From NCBI GenBank assembly GCA_963740845.1, contig CAVUFM010000018.1, positions 345,056 to 409,055 of the forward strand: 64,000 nt of DNA. Reading direction: 5' to 3'. Below, one piece after another: positions 11,072-20,945 of this stretch. The position numbers were made by a program, and so were the translations under genes. Source of the DNA: an uncultured Solirubrobacterales bacterium. GTDB lineage: Bacteria; Actinomycetota; Thermoleophilia; Solirubrobacterales; 70-9. Position 1 is the stretch's first letter. Each line of letters begins with the position of its first letter. The notes below the pieces were generated by a model, which was not told the DNA's origin, ran no database searches, and was given only the letters and a program-made list of their open reading frames with translations.

Positions 11072-11797
11072 TCAGGCTCCTTGGACTGTCTTCGGTTCCT
11101 GCATCGGACCGGCATCCTTCCAGAGCCGCCTCAGCTCCGACCGGGTGAGCTCCCGCGAAGCTCCCAGCTTGAGATCGCCGAGCTCGAGCGAGGCGAACCG
11201 GGTCCGCTGCAGGGAGGCCACCTCGTTGCCCACCTTCTGGATCATCCGCCTGACCTGGCGGTTGCGGCCCTCGCGGATCGTGATCTCGATCTCGCGCTCG
11301 CCGAGGCGCCGCGCCTCGGCGGGATGGGTCGGCCCGTCGTCCAGCTTCACGCCCTCGGCGAGGCGGCGCAGCTCCACCTCGCTGATCGGCCCGCGGAGCT
11401 CGGCCCGGTAGGTCTTCGGGACGCCGTAGCGCGGGTGGGTCAGCCGGTTGGCGAGCTCGCCGTCGTTGGTCAGCAGGATCAACCCGGTGGAGTCGGCATC
11501 GAGCCGGCCGACCGGATAGAGCCGGCGCTTGGACTCCACGAGCGCGGTGACCGGGCGGCGGCGACCCGGCTCGCGAGCGGTCGAGGTGACGTTCTCGGGC
11601 TTGTTGACCATCCAGACCTCGTGGGGCTCGGGGAGCACCGGGGTGCCGTTGACCTCGACGCCGCTCGAGGCGTCGACGTCGCGAGCGGGATCGGTCACGC
11701 GCTCGCCGCCGACCGTGACGACGCCGTGGGCGATCAGCTTCTCGGCGCCGCGACGCGAGTCGACGCCGCAGTGGGCTAGGTACTTGGCGAGGCGCAC
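11072..11797 (-). CDS. rluB: 23S rRNA pseudouridine synthase (RsuA/RluB family)
   Basis: S4 domain (MRLAKYLAHCGVDSRRGAEKLI) plus catalytic YPVGRLDADSTGLILLTNDGELANRL; GTG start at 11797. Confidence 0.9.
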   Translation of the reverse strand: MRLAKYLAHCGVDSRRGAEKLIAHGVVTVGGERVTDPARDVDASSGVEVNGTPVLPEPHEVWMVNKPENVTSTAREPGRRRPVTALVESKRRLYPVGRLDADSTGLILLTNDGELANRLTHPRYGVPKTYRAELRGPISEVELRRLAEGVKLDDGPTHPAEARRLGEREIEITIREGRNRQVRRMIQKVGNEVASLQRTRFASLELGDLKLGASRELTRSELRRLWKDAGPMQEPKTVQGA

Positions 11798-11821
11798 TCC
11801 AGTGACGCTAGATGGTCTGGC

Positions 11822-12192
11822 GACCCGTCACTTCATGGCCCGCGGCGACGAGCGCGGCGACGGCGTCATCGAGGCGCGCGCCCGGCACGAGCAGGTGGTC
11901 GGTGTCGAAGCTGGAGATGGCGAAGATCGGCACCTCGGCCTGAGCCAACGGCTGCAGGAGGGCGGCGAGCACCCCGGTCAGCGTGAGGTCCTGGGTGCCG
12001 GCGAGGCGAAGCAGCCGCCAGCCCCGGTCGGCCCGGACGTCGTCGGGGACCGCGTCGGCGGCGCAGACGATCGAGAGCTCCTCCTCGTTGCGCAGCGTCG
12101 CGACGGTCTCGCCGCGGGCCCACTCCGGGACCGCGATCGCCCGCGCCGAGCCGGCAGATCGCCAGCTCGCCCGGGCGGAGCTCCAGCCGCAT
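11822..12192 (-). CDS. small ACT-domain protein, frameshifted near 12115
   Basis: MRLELRPGELAICRLGAGD... continues in another frame as ...ETVATLRNEEELSIVCAADAVPDDV...GTQDLTLTGVLAALLQPLAQAEVPIFAISSFDTDHLLVPGARLDDAVAALVAAGHEV* (hand translation). Confidence 0.5.
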
Positions 12193-12194
12193 CC

Positions 12195-12797
12195 TCAGGT
12201 CGTGGCCCGCTGCTCGCCCGCCTTGAGGAGGCGCTCGCGCAGCGCCGCGGCGTCGTCGGGAGTCGGGTCGAACTTCGCGGGATCGGGGAGATCGTCGAGC
12301 CCGCTGAGGCCGAAGAGGCGCTCGAAGAGCTCGGTCGTCCGGTAGATGACGGCGCCGAAGCGGGAGCGGCCGGATTCCTCGATCAGGCCGCGCTCGGTCA
12401 GCGTCTGGACGGCGGACTCCGAGCTGACGCCGCGGATCCGCGCGATCTCGGGCCGCGAGACCGGCTGCAGGTAGGCGACGATCGCGAGCGTCTCGGCCTG
12501 AGCCGGCGTCAGCGGCGGCGTCTTCGGCCGCGCGAGCAGCCGCCGCGCGGCCATCTCCGCGCTCGGGTCGCTCGCAAGGAGGTAACCGCCGCCGACCTCG
12601 CGCAGGACGATGCCGCGACGACCGGGCGCGAGCTCCTCGGCGAGGAGGTCGAGCGCGTTCCGGACCTGGACCTCGCTCGCCTCGCAGGCTTCGATCAGCT
12701 CCCCGATCGGCACTGCGTCGGGCGAGAGGAACAGCAGCGCCTCGATGACGCGCGCCAGCGATGCCGCCGAGCCATCCTCCGCGACGTCCGGGCTCAT
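12195..12797 (-). CDS. scpB: segregation and condensation protein B
   Basis: ...LEALLFLS...GYLLAS...PLTPAQAETLAIVAYLQPVSRPEIARIRGV...; the start overlaps the scpA stop. Confidence 0.85.
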   Translation of the reverse strand: MSPDVAEDGSAASLARVIEALLFLSPDAVPIGELIEACEASEVQVRNALDLLAEELAPGRRGIVLREVGGGYLLASDPSAEMAARRLLARPKTPPLTPAQAETLAIVAYLQPVSRPEIARIRGVSSESAVQTLTERGLIEESGRSRFGAVIYRTTELFERLFGLSGLDDLPDPAKFDPTPDDAAALRERLLKAGEQRATT

Positions 12798-13549
12798 GCC
12801 GTCGCCTCCGCTCGCCTGCGGTCGCCCGGCACCTGGGCGATCTCGATCGATCCGAAGGTCTCCTTCTGAGTCCAAGTCGCCTCGCCCTTCTTGTACATCT
12901 CGAGCAGCGCGAAGATCGTCACCGCCTGGGTCAGCCGGTCCTCCTTGCCGAAGGCCTCGTCGAAGTCCACCCGGCCGCGGGTGAGCAGCTCCCGGAGCAC
13001 GCCGAGCCGGAGCTCGAGCGAGACGGTCGGGCGGATGTGGCTCGTGTCGGGCCTCGGGGGCGACGTGAGCAGGTCGCCGAGCGCGACGCCGAGGCGGTCG
13101 GGGTCATAGGCCTGACGCGACGCTTCGATCGACACCCGGCGCAGCTCGGCCGGCAGCGGCGCGGAGCGATAGAGGTAGGGACGCTCCGCCTCGAAGCGGC
13201 GGGAGAGCTCAGCGCCCGCGTCGCGGTAGCGGCGGTACTCGAGCATCCGCGCGAGCAGCTCGTCGGCGGCCTCCTCAGGCCCGAGGTCGAGCTCGGCCTC
13301 CTCGGGAGCCGGGAGCATCAGCCGCGACTTGAGCTCGAGCAGCGCCGCGATCAGGACGAGGAACTCGGTCGCCGCCTCCAGCTCGAGCTCGCCGGTCTCC
13401 TCGAGGCGGGCGATGTAGGCCACGACGACCTCGCCGAGCTCCACCTCGAGCAGGCTGATCTCCTCGCGGAGCACGATCGCCAGCAGCAGGTCGAAGGGTC
13501 CCGCGAAGACGTCGAGGTCGAGCTCGAGGTCGGCCGTACGCACGGGGAC
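12794..13549 (-). CDS. scpA: segregation and condensation protein A (kleisin)
   Basis: LELDLDVFAGPFDLLLAIVLREEISLLEVELGEVVVAYI...EFLVLIAALLELKSRLMLP are ScpA motifs; the start is probably GTG near 13549. Confidence 0.85.
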   Translation of the reverse strand, partial: VPVRTADLELDLDVFAGPFDLLLAIVLREEISLLEVELGEVVVAYIARLEETGELELEAATEFLVLIAALLELKSRLMLPAPEEAELDLGPEEAADELLARMLEYRRYRDAGAELSRRFEAERPYLYRSAPLPAELRRVSIEASRQAYDPDRLGVALGDLLTSPPRPDTSHIRPTVSLELRLGVLRELLTRGRVDFDEAFGKEDRLTQAVTIFALLEMYKKGEATWTQKETFGSIEIAQVPGDRRRAEATA

Positions 13550-13668
13550 AGAGTAGGTGCCGCGACGGTCGGCGAAGCGCGCGAAGGCCGCATTTTCGGG
13601 CTGATCTCGCGCATCCGACGCCGCGTCAATTCTGCGGGCCGCGCCGGAGGCGCGGCGCATTTATCTAT

Positions 13669-15919
13669 TTACCGTGGGCCGCCCGGCGGCATCGCCACCA
13701 GCATCCGCAGGCGACGCACCGGACCGCCGCCCGCGCTGAGCTCACGGCGGGCCGCCCGCCGCTCTCCGAGGGTGGGCGGGGCTCCCGGGGAGCGGGCGAA
13801 ACGACGCTGGGCGAGCCGCCCCGCGTAGGACGCCGCCGCGGGGAGGTTCAGCCGTTCGAAGTGGAGCTGCACCCGACGCAGCGTCGTCAGCTCCGGATCC
13901 CGGAGCCCGGCCGGGCCCAGCGCTCCCGCGAGCTCACGCAGCTCCCGCTCGGCGATCTCGTCCTCCCCGAGCCGCCGGTGGCGCAGCGTTCGGGCCAGCG
14001 TCAGGAGGGCCAGGAGCGCAGCCAGCACCGCGGGCACCGCAACGAGGGGCAGGAGCGACGAGCCGCCGTCATCCGCGGGGACCGGCTCGCCCCGGATGGA
14101 ACGGGGGCCGCTCCCCGCCGCCTCCGGCGTCGAGCTGCGGCTCGCGACCGCGCGACGCCGCGCGGTCGGCACCGCCGCCACGGCGACCCGGGCCCGCCGG
14201 CCCGGAATCCTCCTCGGCCACCGCCTGCGAGCGGTTCGGGGCTTCGGCGGGCGTCGGGTCGAAGGGCACCCAGCCGATCCCCTCGAAGTAGACCTCGACC
14301 CAAGCGTGGGCATCGAGGCCGGTGACCAAGTAGCTGTCCTGGCCCTGGCGCTCACCCGGGGTGAACCCCGAGGCGACGCGAGTCGGGATCCCGGCGAAGC
14401 GGAGCAGGAGCGCCATCGCGCCGGAGAAGTGCTGGCAGTAGCCCAGCCGATCGTCGAAGAGGAACGCGTTCAGCGGCACCGGACGCTCGGGAGGCGACTC
14501 GCTGTAGTTCGCGTTGTCGCGCACGTAGTCCTCGACGGCGAGGACGGCGTCGTAGGCCGAGGGCTGGTCCGCCGTGAGCCGCCGGGACAGCTCGGCGACC
14601 CGCAGGTAGGGGGAGCCCTCGATCTCCGTCTCCGCCACCGAGGTGAGCGGGATCCCGCTCCCCCAGAGGGGGATCGTGACGCGATGAACCGAGACCAGGC
14701 CGGTTTCGGGGATCGGGAGCGCTGTAGGGAAGCGCGATCTCGGCGTAGCGCCTCAGATCGACCCCGTAGCTCGTCGAACGCTTCCGCATCAGCTCGGGCG
14801 AGGGATCGGGTGCGTAGGCGGTGATCGCGTAGTCGCTGCCCTCCGACAGCGGGTCACCCTCGACGTTCAGCGTCCCGTCTTCGTCGCGGTCGACGCCCTC
14901 GACGCCCGAGAGATCCAGCTCGGTTCCGGGGCTGAGGACCAGCGGGCTCTCCAAGCCGGAGACGGAGACCCGCGAGCGGGTGACCCAGCGGTCGTTGCCG
15001 CGGACCGCGAGCGTCCCCTCGGTCGGGTCGACGTCCTCGGGAACCGCCCGGCCGCCGCTCTCGGAGCGTTGCCAGGCGTAGCCGTAGAACTCGTCGAGCA
15101 CCTCGGCGCGGAGGTAGCGCGGCTCCGCGGTGCGGACCTCCAGGAGCACGTCGCTGGTCCGCTCCCAGTCGATCGGGCCGTAGCTCTGGTCCCATTCGAA
15201 AGTGGAGCCGGGCTGCGGGCTCGGGCAGGCTCCAGTCGCGGTAGTCGAGCACGGGATCGCGGGTGTCGAGCCCCGAAGCGATCGGAACCGCGACCGCGCC
15301 GAAGCAGGCGACCGTCGCGCCGGCGACCACCCAGCGGCCCGGCCGCTGCCACAGCCACAGCGAGATCAGGACGAGCAGGACGGCTCCCCAGAGCAGCGGC
15401 GCCGCCGCCGGCCTGACCGTCGCCGGGACCGCGAACGCGGCGACCAGCACCACCAGCGCAACCGGCGCGGGAGCGGACCGGTCCCGGCGGCCGAACGCCA
15501 GCACCGCGGCGGCCATCAGCAGCACCGGCATCGCGGCGATCAGGAGCCAGCGAGAGCTCGGGTCACCTCCGGCGAAGGGGTAGTCGAAGCTGCCGCTGAG
15601 ACCTTCGAAGCCGTCGTCGACGTCGGCGGCGAGGCCGTCCCAGCCCCACGGCGTCAGCCCGCGTGCGGGGACGCCGAGCGCGACCAGGGCCGCCAGCAGG
15701 CCGAGGACGGCCACGAGGGTGATCGCACCGACCGCCCGCGGCCGCGACAGGCGCTCGAGCGGGAGCGAGCCGAGGGCGATGGCCGCGGCTCGCGATGAAC
15801 GCGACGGCGATCCCGAGGCGGACGAGCGGCGGGTCGGCGAGGAGCGACCCCCAAGCGCCGGCCGCCAGCGCGGCGAACGCGATGAACACCGCCAGTCGCT
15901 GTGCCGAGGGGCGATTCAC
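13669..15919 (-). CDS. transglutaminase-like membrane protein (DUF3488 N-terminal TM domain, TGase core, DUF4129 C-terminal region), at least three frameshifts
   Basis: Pieces sit in ORFs 14854..15714 (TM-rich), 14352..15149, 14069..14638 (TGase core ...GYCQHFSGAMALLLRFAGIPTRVASGF...DAHAWVEVYFEGIGWVPFDPTP) and 13669..14355 (C-terminal region). Confidence 0.7.
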
Positions 15920-15924
15920 GCCGC

Positions 15925-17060
15925 CGCCCCGGTCACTCGGCGAGCGGGCGCTCGCCGCGGCGAGGGGGTAGCCGAAGCAGCCCGCAACCGTGAGCAGCGC
16001 CTCGCGGCCCGGTCGCTCCTCCGGCGTGATCAGGACGCCGGAGGTCCGGCGACCGAACGGCGGGCGCGCACCGCCGGCGCTGACCCAGATCACCGTGCTT
16101 GCGGCGCCCAGATCCCCGGGTCGCGGGGAACCGCCGCGCGCGCTCGCAAGCGCGAGCGCCGAGCGTGCGGCGAGGAGGGTCTCCGGATCAGCCGTGATGC
16201 GGTGGCGACGATGGTCCCCGCCGATGGTCAGCTCGCAACCGCCGTGGCCACCGAGGTGGGCGACGAGGGACGCCGCGGCCCTGACCGCGCGGTCGAGCGC
16301 GTCGCCGTCATCGGCGTCGCGCGTGTCGAGCACCACGAGCGGGCCCGAATCGGCCGCCGGCGAGAGGTGGCGCTCGAGCAGCTCCTCACCGCGGGCGAGC
16401 GCCGGCCAGTAGATCCGCGAGGCGCGGCTCCCCGGGCGGTAGGGCCGGAGCCCCTCGATCTCGGGGTCGGCGGCCGATTCGCGCAGGCCCTGCTCGGCGA
16501 GCTCGCCGGCGGGCGCGCGGCGGCGACCCCCCGAGGGCCCGTCGTCGGCCGCGAACGAGACCGGCTCGACGCGGGGAAGAACCATGATCGGCGTCACTCC
16601 CCCGCTCTCGACCCGCCGCGAGACGATTCCCAGCGGATCGATGATCCGGACCGCGGGCGCGGGCAGGAGATGGCGGCCGCGGCGCAGCAGCCGGCCCTCG
16701 CTCCGCAGCGCGACGGATCCCGTGCGAGCGCCGGACGCCGAAGGACCGCGGCTCGGTCAGGAGCGGGTCGACCACCTCGCCGAGCAACGGGAGCCTTCCC
16801 GCCCTCACCTCATGGACGAGCTCGAAGCCCTCCCCCTCCCCGACGCGCGCGGGCATCCCGGTCCGGGAGACCTCGACCCCGATGCTCGCGAGCCTCACCC
16901 AGGCCGAGAGCACGCCGCCGATGAGCAGGAGCGCGATGCCGGGGACGAGGAGCGCGTAGGCGGCGAGGACGATCCCGGCGAGCAGCAGAAGGGCGCCGAG
17001 GGCGAGCGTTGTCCGCGCTCCCGCCACCGCCTCAGAAGGCTGGGACCGACGCGAGCGCAT
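15925..17060 (-). CDS. DUF58 family protein (MoxR-associated), frame-split
   Basis: ORFs 16386..17060 and 15563..16597 carry DUF58-like sequence (...ASRIYWPALARGEELLERHLS...PLVVLDTRDAD...). It lies between the MoxR ATPase and the TGase-like gene. Confidence 0.65.
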
Positions 17061-17979
17061 CGGCCACGGCGGCGGTGCGCTCCTCGTCGGGGGCGCCCGG
17101 CGCCAGCAGCAGGCGATGGGCGAAGACGGGTTGGGCGAGCGCCTGCACGTCGTCGGGGAGCACGTGGTCGCGGCCCTCGATGGCCGCGTTGGCCTTCGCC
17201 GCCCGGAAGAGCATCAGGGCGGCGCGCGGGCTCGCGCCGAGCTCCAGCCGCGGGTCCTCGCGGGTGGCCTGCGCGAGGGCGACGACGTAGCGCCGCAGCT
17301 GGGTGCTCGCGTGGACGGTCGCCACGGCCTCCTGGGCTCGCCGCAGATCGTCGAGGTCGGCGACCGGCTCGAGCTGCGCGACCAGGTCGGTGTCGGCGTG
17401 GTCCTCGAGCATCTCCGCCTCGTCGCGCGGGTTCGGATAGCCGAGCTCGAGCCGGACCATGAAGCGATCGAGCTGCGCCTCGGGGAGCGGGTAGGTCCCC
17501 GCGTACTCGAGCGGGTTCTGGGTCGCGATCAGCAGGAACGGGCGCGCGAGGTCGTGGGTGTGGCGGTCGACGGTGACGCTTCGCTCCTGCATCGACTCGA
17601 GCAGGCCCGACTGCGTCTTCGGCGAGGCGCGGTTGATCTCGTCGACGAGGACGACGTTCGCGAAGACGGGACCCGGATGGAACTCGAACTGGCTCTCGCG
17701 CTGGTTGAAGACCATCGTCCCGATGACGTCCGCCGGGAGCATGTCGGCGGTGCACTGGATGCGCGAGAAGTCGGCGCGGATCGACCGGGCCAGGGCGCGG
17801 GCGAGGGCGGTCTTGCCGACTCCCGGGTGATCCTCGATCAGGACGTGGCCCTCGGCGAAGAGGGCGACGAGGAGATCGCGGACGACGCCGTCGCTGACCT
17901 TGAGCGCGCGCAGCACGTTCCCCCGCAGCTCCTCCGCCAGCCTGCGGGTAGCGGTCAGATCGAACGAGGCCGATTCCAC
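17032..17979 (-). CDS. MoxR-like AAA+ ATPase
   Basis: HVLIEDHPGVGKTALARALARSI...VLVDEINRASPKTQSGLLESMQERSVTVD...; 315 aa. Confidence 0.9.
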   Translation of the reverse strand: MESASFDLTATRRLAEELRGNVLRALKVSDGVVRDLLVALFAEGHVLIEDHPGVGKTALARALARSIRADFSRIQCTADMLPADVIGTMVFNQRESQFEFHPGPVFANVVLVDEINRASPKTQSGLLESMQERSVTVDRHTHDLARPFLLIATQNPLEYAGTYPLPEAQLDRFMVRLELGYPNPRDEAEMLEDHADTDLVAQLEPVADLDDLRRAQEAVATVHASTQLRRYVVALAQATREDPRLELGASPRAALMLFRAAKANAAIEGRDHVLPDDVQALAQPVFAHRLLLAPGAPDEERTAAVADALASVPAF

Positions 17980-18036
17980 GCTGCGCTCATCGTAGGGCGC
18001 GGGCGAAGCCCTGGAGTGCGGTCGCGCGAGCCGGCG

Positions 18037-19068
18037 TCAGCGCGGCGGGCCGACGCCCATCGCGTCGCGCACGTCGGCGAGCACCGGAGCGGCGATCGCG
18101 CGGGCGGACTCGGCCCCCGCTCCCAGAGCCCGCTCGAGCTCGGCTTCGTCGGCGCGGAGCTCGGCGTAGCGCTCGCGGACCGGCGCGAGGTACTCGGCGA
18201 CCGCGTCGCCGACGGCGCCCTTGAAGTCGCCGTATCCGGCCCCCTCGAACTCCTCCTCGATCGACTCGGGGGTGCGATCGCCGACGACGGCGAGGATGTC
18301 GATGAGGTTCGCGATCCCCTCCTTGCCCTTGCCGCGCTTCACCTCGCGGCCGGAGTCGGTGACCGCGCTGCGGAACTTCTTGCGGATCGCCTCGGGCTCG
18401 TCGAGGACGTAGACCCGCCCGGCCTCGCCGCCGGCGGTGGTCGACATCTTCGAGAAGGGGTCCTGGAGGTCCATGATCCGGGCGCCGACCTCGGGGATCC
18501 GGTGCTCGGGCACGACGAGGACGTCGGGCGGGCCGAAGCGCTCGTTGAAGCGGCGCGCGACCTCCCGCATCAGCTCGATGTGCTGGCGCTGGTCGTCGCC
18601 GACCGGGACCTCGGTCGCCCGGTAGGCGAGCACGTCGGCGGCCTGGAGGACCGGATAGCTGAAGAGACCGGCAGAGAGGAAGCCCCCCGTGCCGCTCTCG
18701 ATCTGATCTCGCTTGGTCTTCCACTGGTGCATGCGGTTGAGGTCCCCCCAGGAGGTGACCCCGCTCAGCAGCCAGCAGAGCTCGGAGTGCTCGCGGACGT
18801 CGCTCTGGCGGAAGAGGACGCAACGCTCGGGATCGAGCCCGGCGGCGAGGAGGGTCGCGACCGTGTCGTGGACGCGCTCGCGCAGCTCCCGCGGGTCGTA
18901 GTCGACGGTGATCGCGTGCAGGTCGACGACGCAGTAGATCGCCGCCTCGGGCGACGCGGCGGCGTTCTGGCCCTCGACGTACTGGCGGATCGCGCCGATG
19001 AAGTTGCCGAGGTGCTTGCGGCCGGTCGGCTGGATGCCGCTGAAGATCCGTTGCTCAGGTGCGCTCAC
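18037..19068 (-). CDS. trpS: tryptophan--tRNA ligase
   Basis: IFSGIQPTGRKHLGNFIGA (HIGH-like) ... KMSTT (KMSKS-like); 343 aa. Confidence 0.9.
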   Translation of the reverse strand: MSAPEQRIFSGIQPTGRKHLGNFIGAIRQYVEGQNAAASPEAAIYCVVDLHAITVDYDPRELRERVHDTVATLLAAGLDPERCVLFRQSDVREHSELCWLLSGVTSWGDLNRMHQWKTKRDQIESGTGGFLSAGLFSYPVLQAADVLAYRATEVPVGDDQRQHIELMREVARRFNERFGPPDVLVVPEHRIPEVGARIMDLQDPFSKMSTTAGGEAGRVYVLDEPEAIRKKFRSAVTDSGREVKRGKGKEGIANLIDILAVVGDRTPESIEEEFEGAGYGDFKGAVGDAVAEYLAPVRERYAELRADEAELERALGAGAESARAIAAPVLADVRDAMGVGPPR

Positions 19069-19789
19069 GAGCGGGGGAATCTACCCGCCGCCCGTGAGCG
19101 CTCCCCGATGAGCTCGCTAGAGGGAGAGCGAATGCAGCTCCGCGGCCTTCTGCGTCCTCCTGCTCGAGGGCGGCCAGGACCAGCTCGACGAGCTCCGGCG
19201 GAGCCTTCTCGAGCGAGCCGGTGTCGTACGGCGGGTCCGGGTCGTACTCGATTCCCAGCTGGATGGCCTGAGCGATCATCTCGTGGCCGGTGATGCGCTC
19301 GACGAGCGTCAGCGACATGTCGATTCCGGAGGAGACCCCGGCGGCCATGATCACCTTGCCGCGCTCGACGACCCGCTCGGCGACCGGGTTGGCTCCCAGC
19401 TCGGCGAGCGCATCGCGAGCGGCCCAGTGGGTCGTCGCGTCGACGCCGTCGAGGATCCCCGCGGCAGCCAGCATCAGGGAACCGGTGCAGACCGACGCGC
19501 TCCACTGCGTGTGCGGATGAGCCTCGGCGATCCAGCGGACGTAGGCGCCGTCGGGATCGAGGTGCGCGCGGTTGCCGACCCCTCCCGGGATGACGAAGAC
19601 GTCGGGCCGCGGGATGTCGTCGAGCGCGGCGTCGGCGATGACGGCGACCATCCCGCTCTCGGTCCGCTTCGGCCCGGGCTCCTCAGCGCAGAAGACGACC
19701 TCCGCCCCGGGCATGCGGGACAGCACGTCGTAGGGACCGATCGCGTCGAGCGCGGTGAAGCCGTCGAAGATTGGGATGGCGATCTGCAT
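19055..19789 (-). CDS. DJ-1/PfpI family protein (class I glutamine amidotransferase-like fold); the 3' end is probably over-extended
   Basis: MQIAIPIFDGFTALDAIGPYDVL...VFVIPGG...ASVCTGSLMLAAAGILDG...TTHW; it overlaps the trpS start. Confidence 0.75.
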   Translation of the reverse strand: MQIAIPIFDGFTALDAIGPYDVLSRMPGAEVVFCAEEPGPKRTESGMVAVIADAALDDIPRPDVFVIPGGVGNRAHLDPDGAYVRWIAEAHPHTQWSASVCTGSLMLAAAGILDGVDATTHWAARDALAELGANPVAERVVERGKVIMAAGVSSGIDMSLTLVERITGHEMIAQAIQLGIEYDPDPPYDTGSLEKAPPELVELVLAALEQEDAEGRGAAFALPLASSSGSAHGRRVDSPARERT

Positions 19790-19828
19790 GGTGGTTCCTC
19801 CTGGTTGGTTTCTGGTTCGAGGTCCGGG

Positions 19829-20806
19829 TCAGGCCTGGAGCGGCGAGCGGAAGCGTTCGCGGTACTCGCGCGGGTTGGTGCCGAGCCGGCGACGGAACGC
19901 GCGTCGCATGACCTCGGCGCTCGGGAAGCCGCAGCGGGAGGCGACGTTCTCCAGCGAGCCGCCGTCGGTCTCGAGCAGGGAGCGCGCCCGCTCCACCCGG
20001 ACCCGCTCGACGTAGTCGGCCGGCGTCGTTCCCAGCTCCCGGGTGAAGACGCGGCTGAACTGCCGCTCGGAGAGGTGAAGGCGCCCGGCGAGGGCGCCGA
20101 CGCTCAGGTCCTCCTCGGGATGGTCGGCGATCCAGGCCTGCAGCTCGCGGAGCGGCGGATCCTCGGTCGCGCCGCTCTCCAGCTGGACGGAGAACTGCGA
20201 CTGCCCACCGGGCCGGCGTGCGTAGACGACGAGCATCCGCGCGGTCTTCAGCGCCACCTCGGCGCCGTGGTCCTCGTCGGCGAGCGCGAGCGCCAGGTCC
20301 ATCCCGGCGGTGACCCCGGCCGAGGTGAGCAGGTTGCCCTCGCGGATGAAGATGGGATCCGCGTCGACCTCGACCGCCGGGAACCGCCGCGCGAGCTCGG
20401 GGGCGTGCAGCCAGTGGGTCGTCGCGCGGACGCCGTCGAGGATGCCCGCCTCGGCGAGGAGGAAGGCGCCGCTGCAGACGGATGCGGTGCGGCGGGAGGT
20501 CCGCGACAGGCGGCGGATGCCGTCGATCAGGCGCCCGTCCTCGGCGACCGCCTGGACGCCGAGCCCCCCGGCGACGATCAGCGTGTCGAGCGACTCGACG
20601 TCGCCGATCGCGGCGTCGGCGCGGAAGGAGAGGCCGCTCGAGCTGCGGACGTCGCGGCCGTCGACGGTGATGCAGGTGAGCTCGGGGACGTCGCGGGCGA
20701 AGAGCCCCGCGGTGTGGAGCACCTCCCAGGGCCCGGTGACGTCGAGCGCCTCGACGCCCTCGAAGGCGACGATCCCGATGCGGCGTGGCGATGCGGCTGC
20801 GGTCAT
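19829..20806 (-). CDS. AraC-family transcriptional regulator with N-terminal DJ-1/PfpI-like domain (GlxA type)
   Basis: N-terminal IGIVAFEGVEALDVTGPWEVL...ASVCSGAFLLAEAGILDG...THW; C-terminal HTH_AraC (LSVGALAGRLHLSERQFSRVFTRELGTTPADYVERVRVERARSLL). Confidence 0.85.
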   Translation of the reverse strand: MTAAASPRRIGIVAFEGVEALDVTGPWEVLHTAGLFARDVPELTCITVDGRDVRSSSGLSFRADAAIGDVESLDTLIVAGGLGVQAVAEDGRLIDGIRRLSRTSRRTASVCSGAFLLAEAGILDGVRATTHWLHAPELARRFPAVEVDADPIFIREGNLLTSAGVTAGMDLALALADEDHGAEVALKTARMLVVYARRPGGQSQFSVQLESGATEDPPLRELQAWIADHPEEDLSVGALAGRLHLSERQFSRVFTRELGTTPADYVERVRVERARSLLETDGGSLENVASRCGFPSAEVMRRAFRRRLGTNPREYRERFRSPLQA

Positions 20807-20837
20807 GGCCCGATCATCGGCGGGCGGGCGGTGTCCG

Positions 20838-20945
20838 TCAAGTCACATACCCCACGATTTCCGCCACCCGAGTGCGACGCGCCGGCGGCCCACTCGCAAT
20901 CGGTGGTCCCTGGACCCCTCTTTTGCGAGTTGGTCGGCTACCTAA
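20838..20945. repeat. copy of the dispersed intergenic palindromic element (hairpin module CTCGCAATCGGTGGTC..GACCCCTCT.TTGCGAG plus a partial GATTYCCGCC module)
   Basis: 20893..20929 ctcgcaatcggtggtccctggacccctcttttgcgag is near-identical to 38672..38707. 20856..20873 gatttccgccacccgagtg resembles the gattccgcccggtgg units at 38623 and 47094. Confidence 0.55.
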
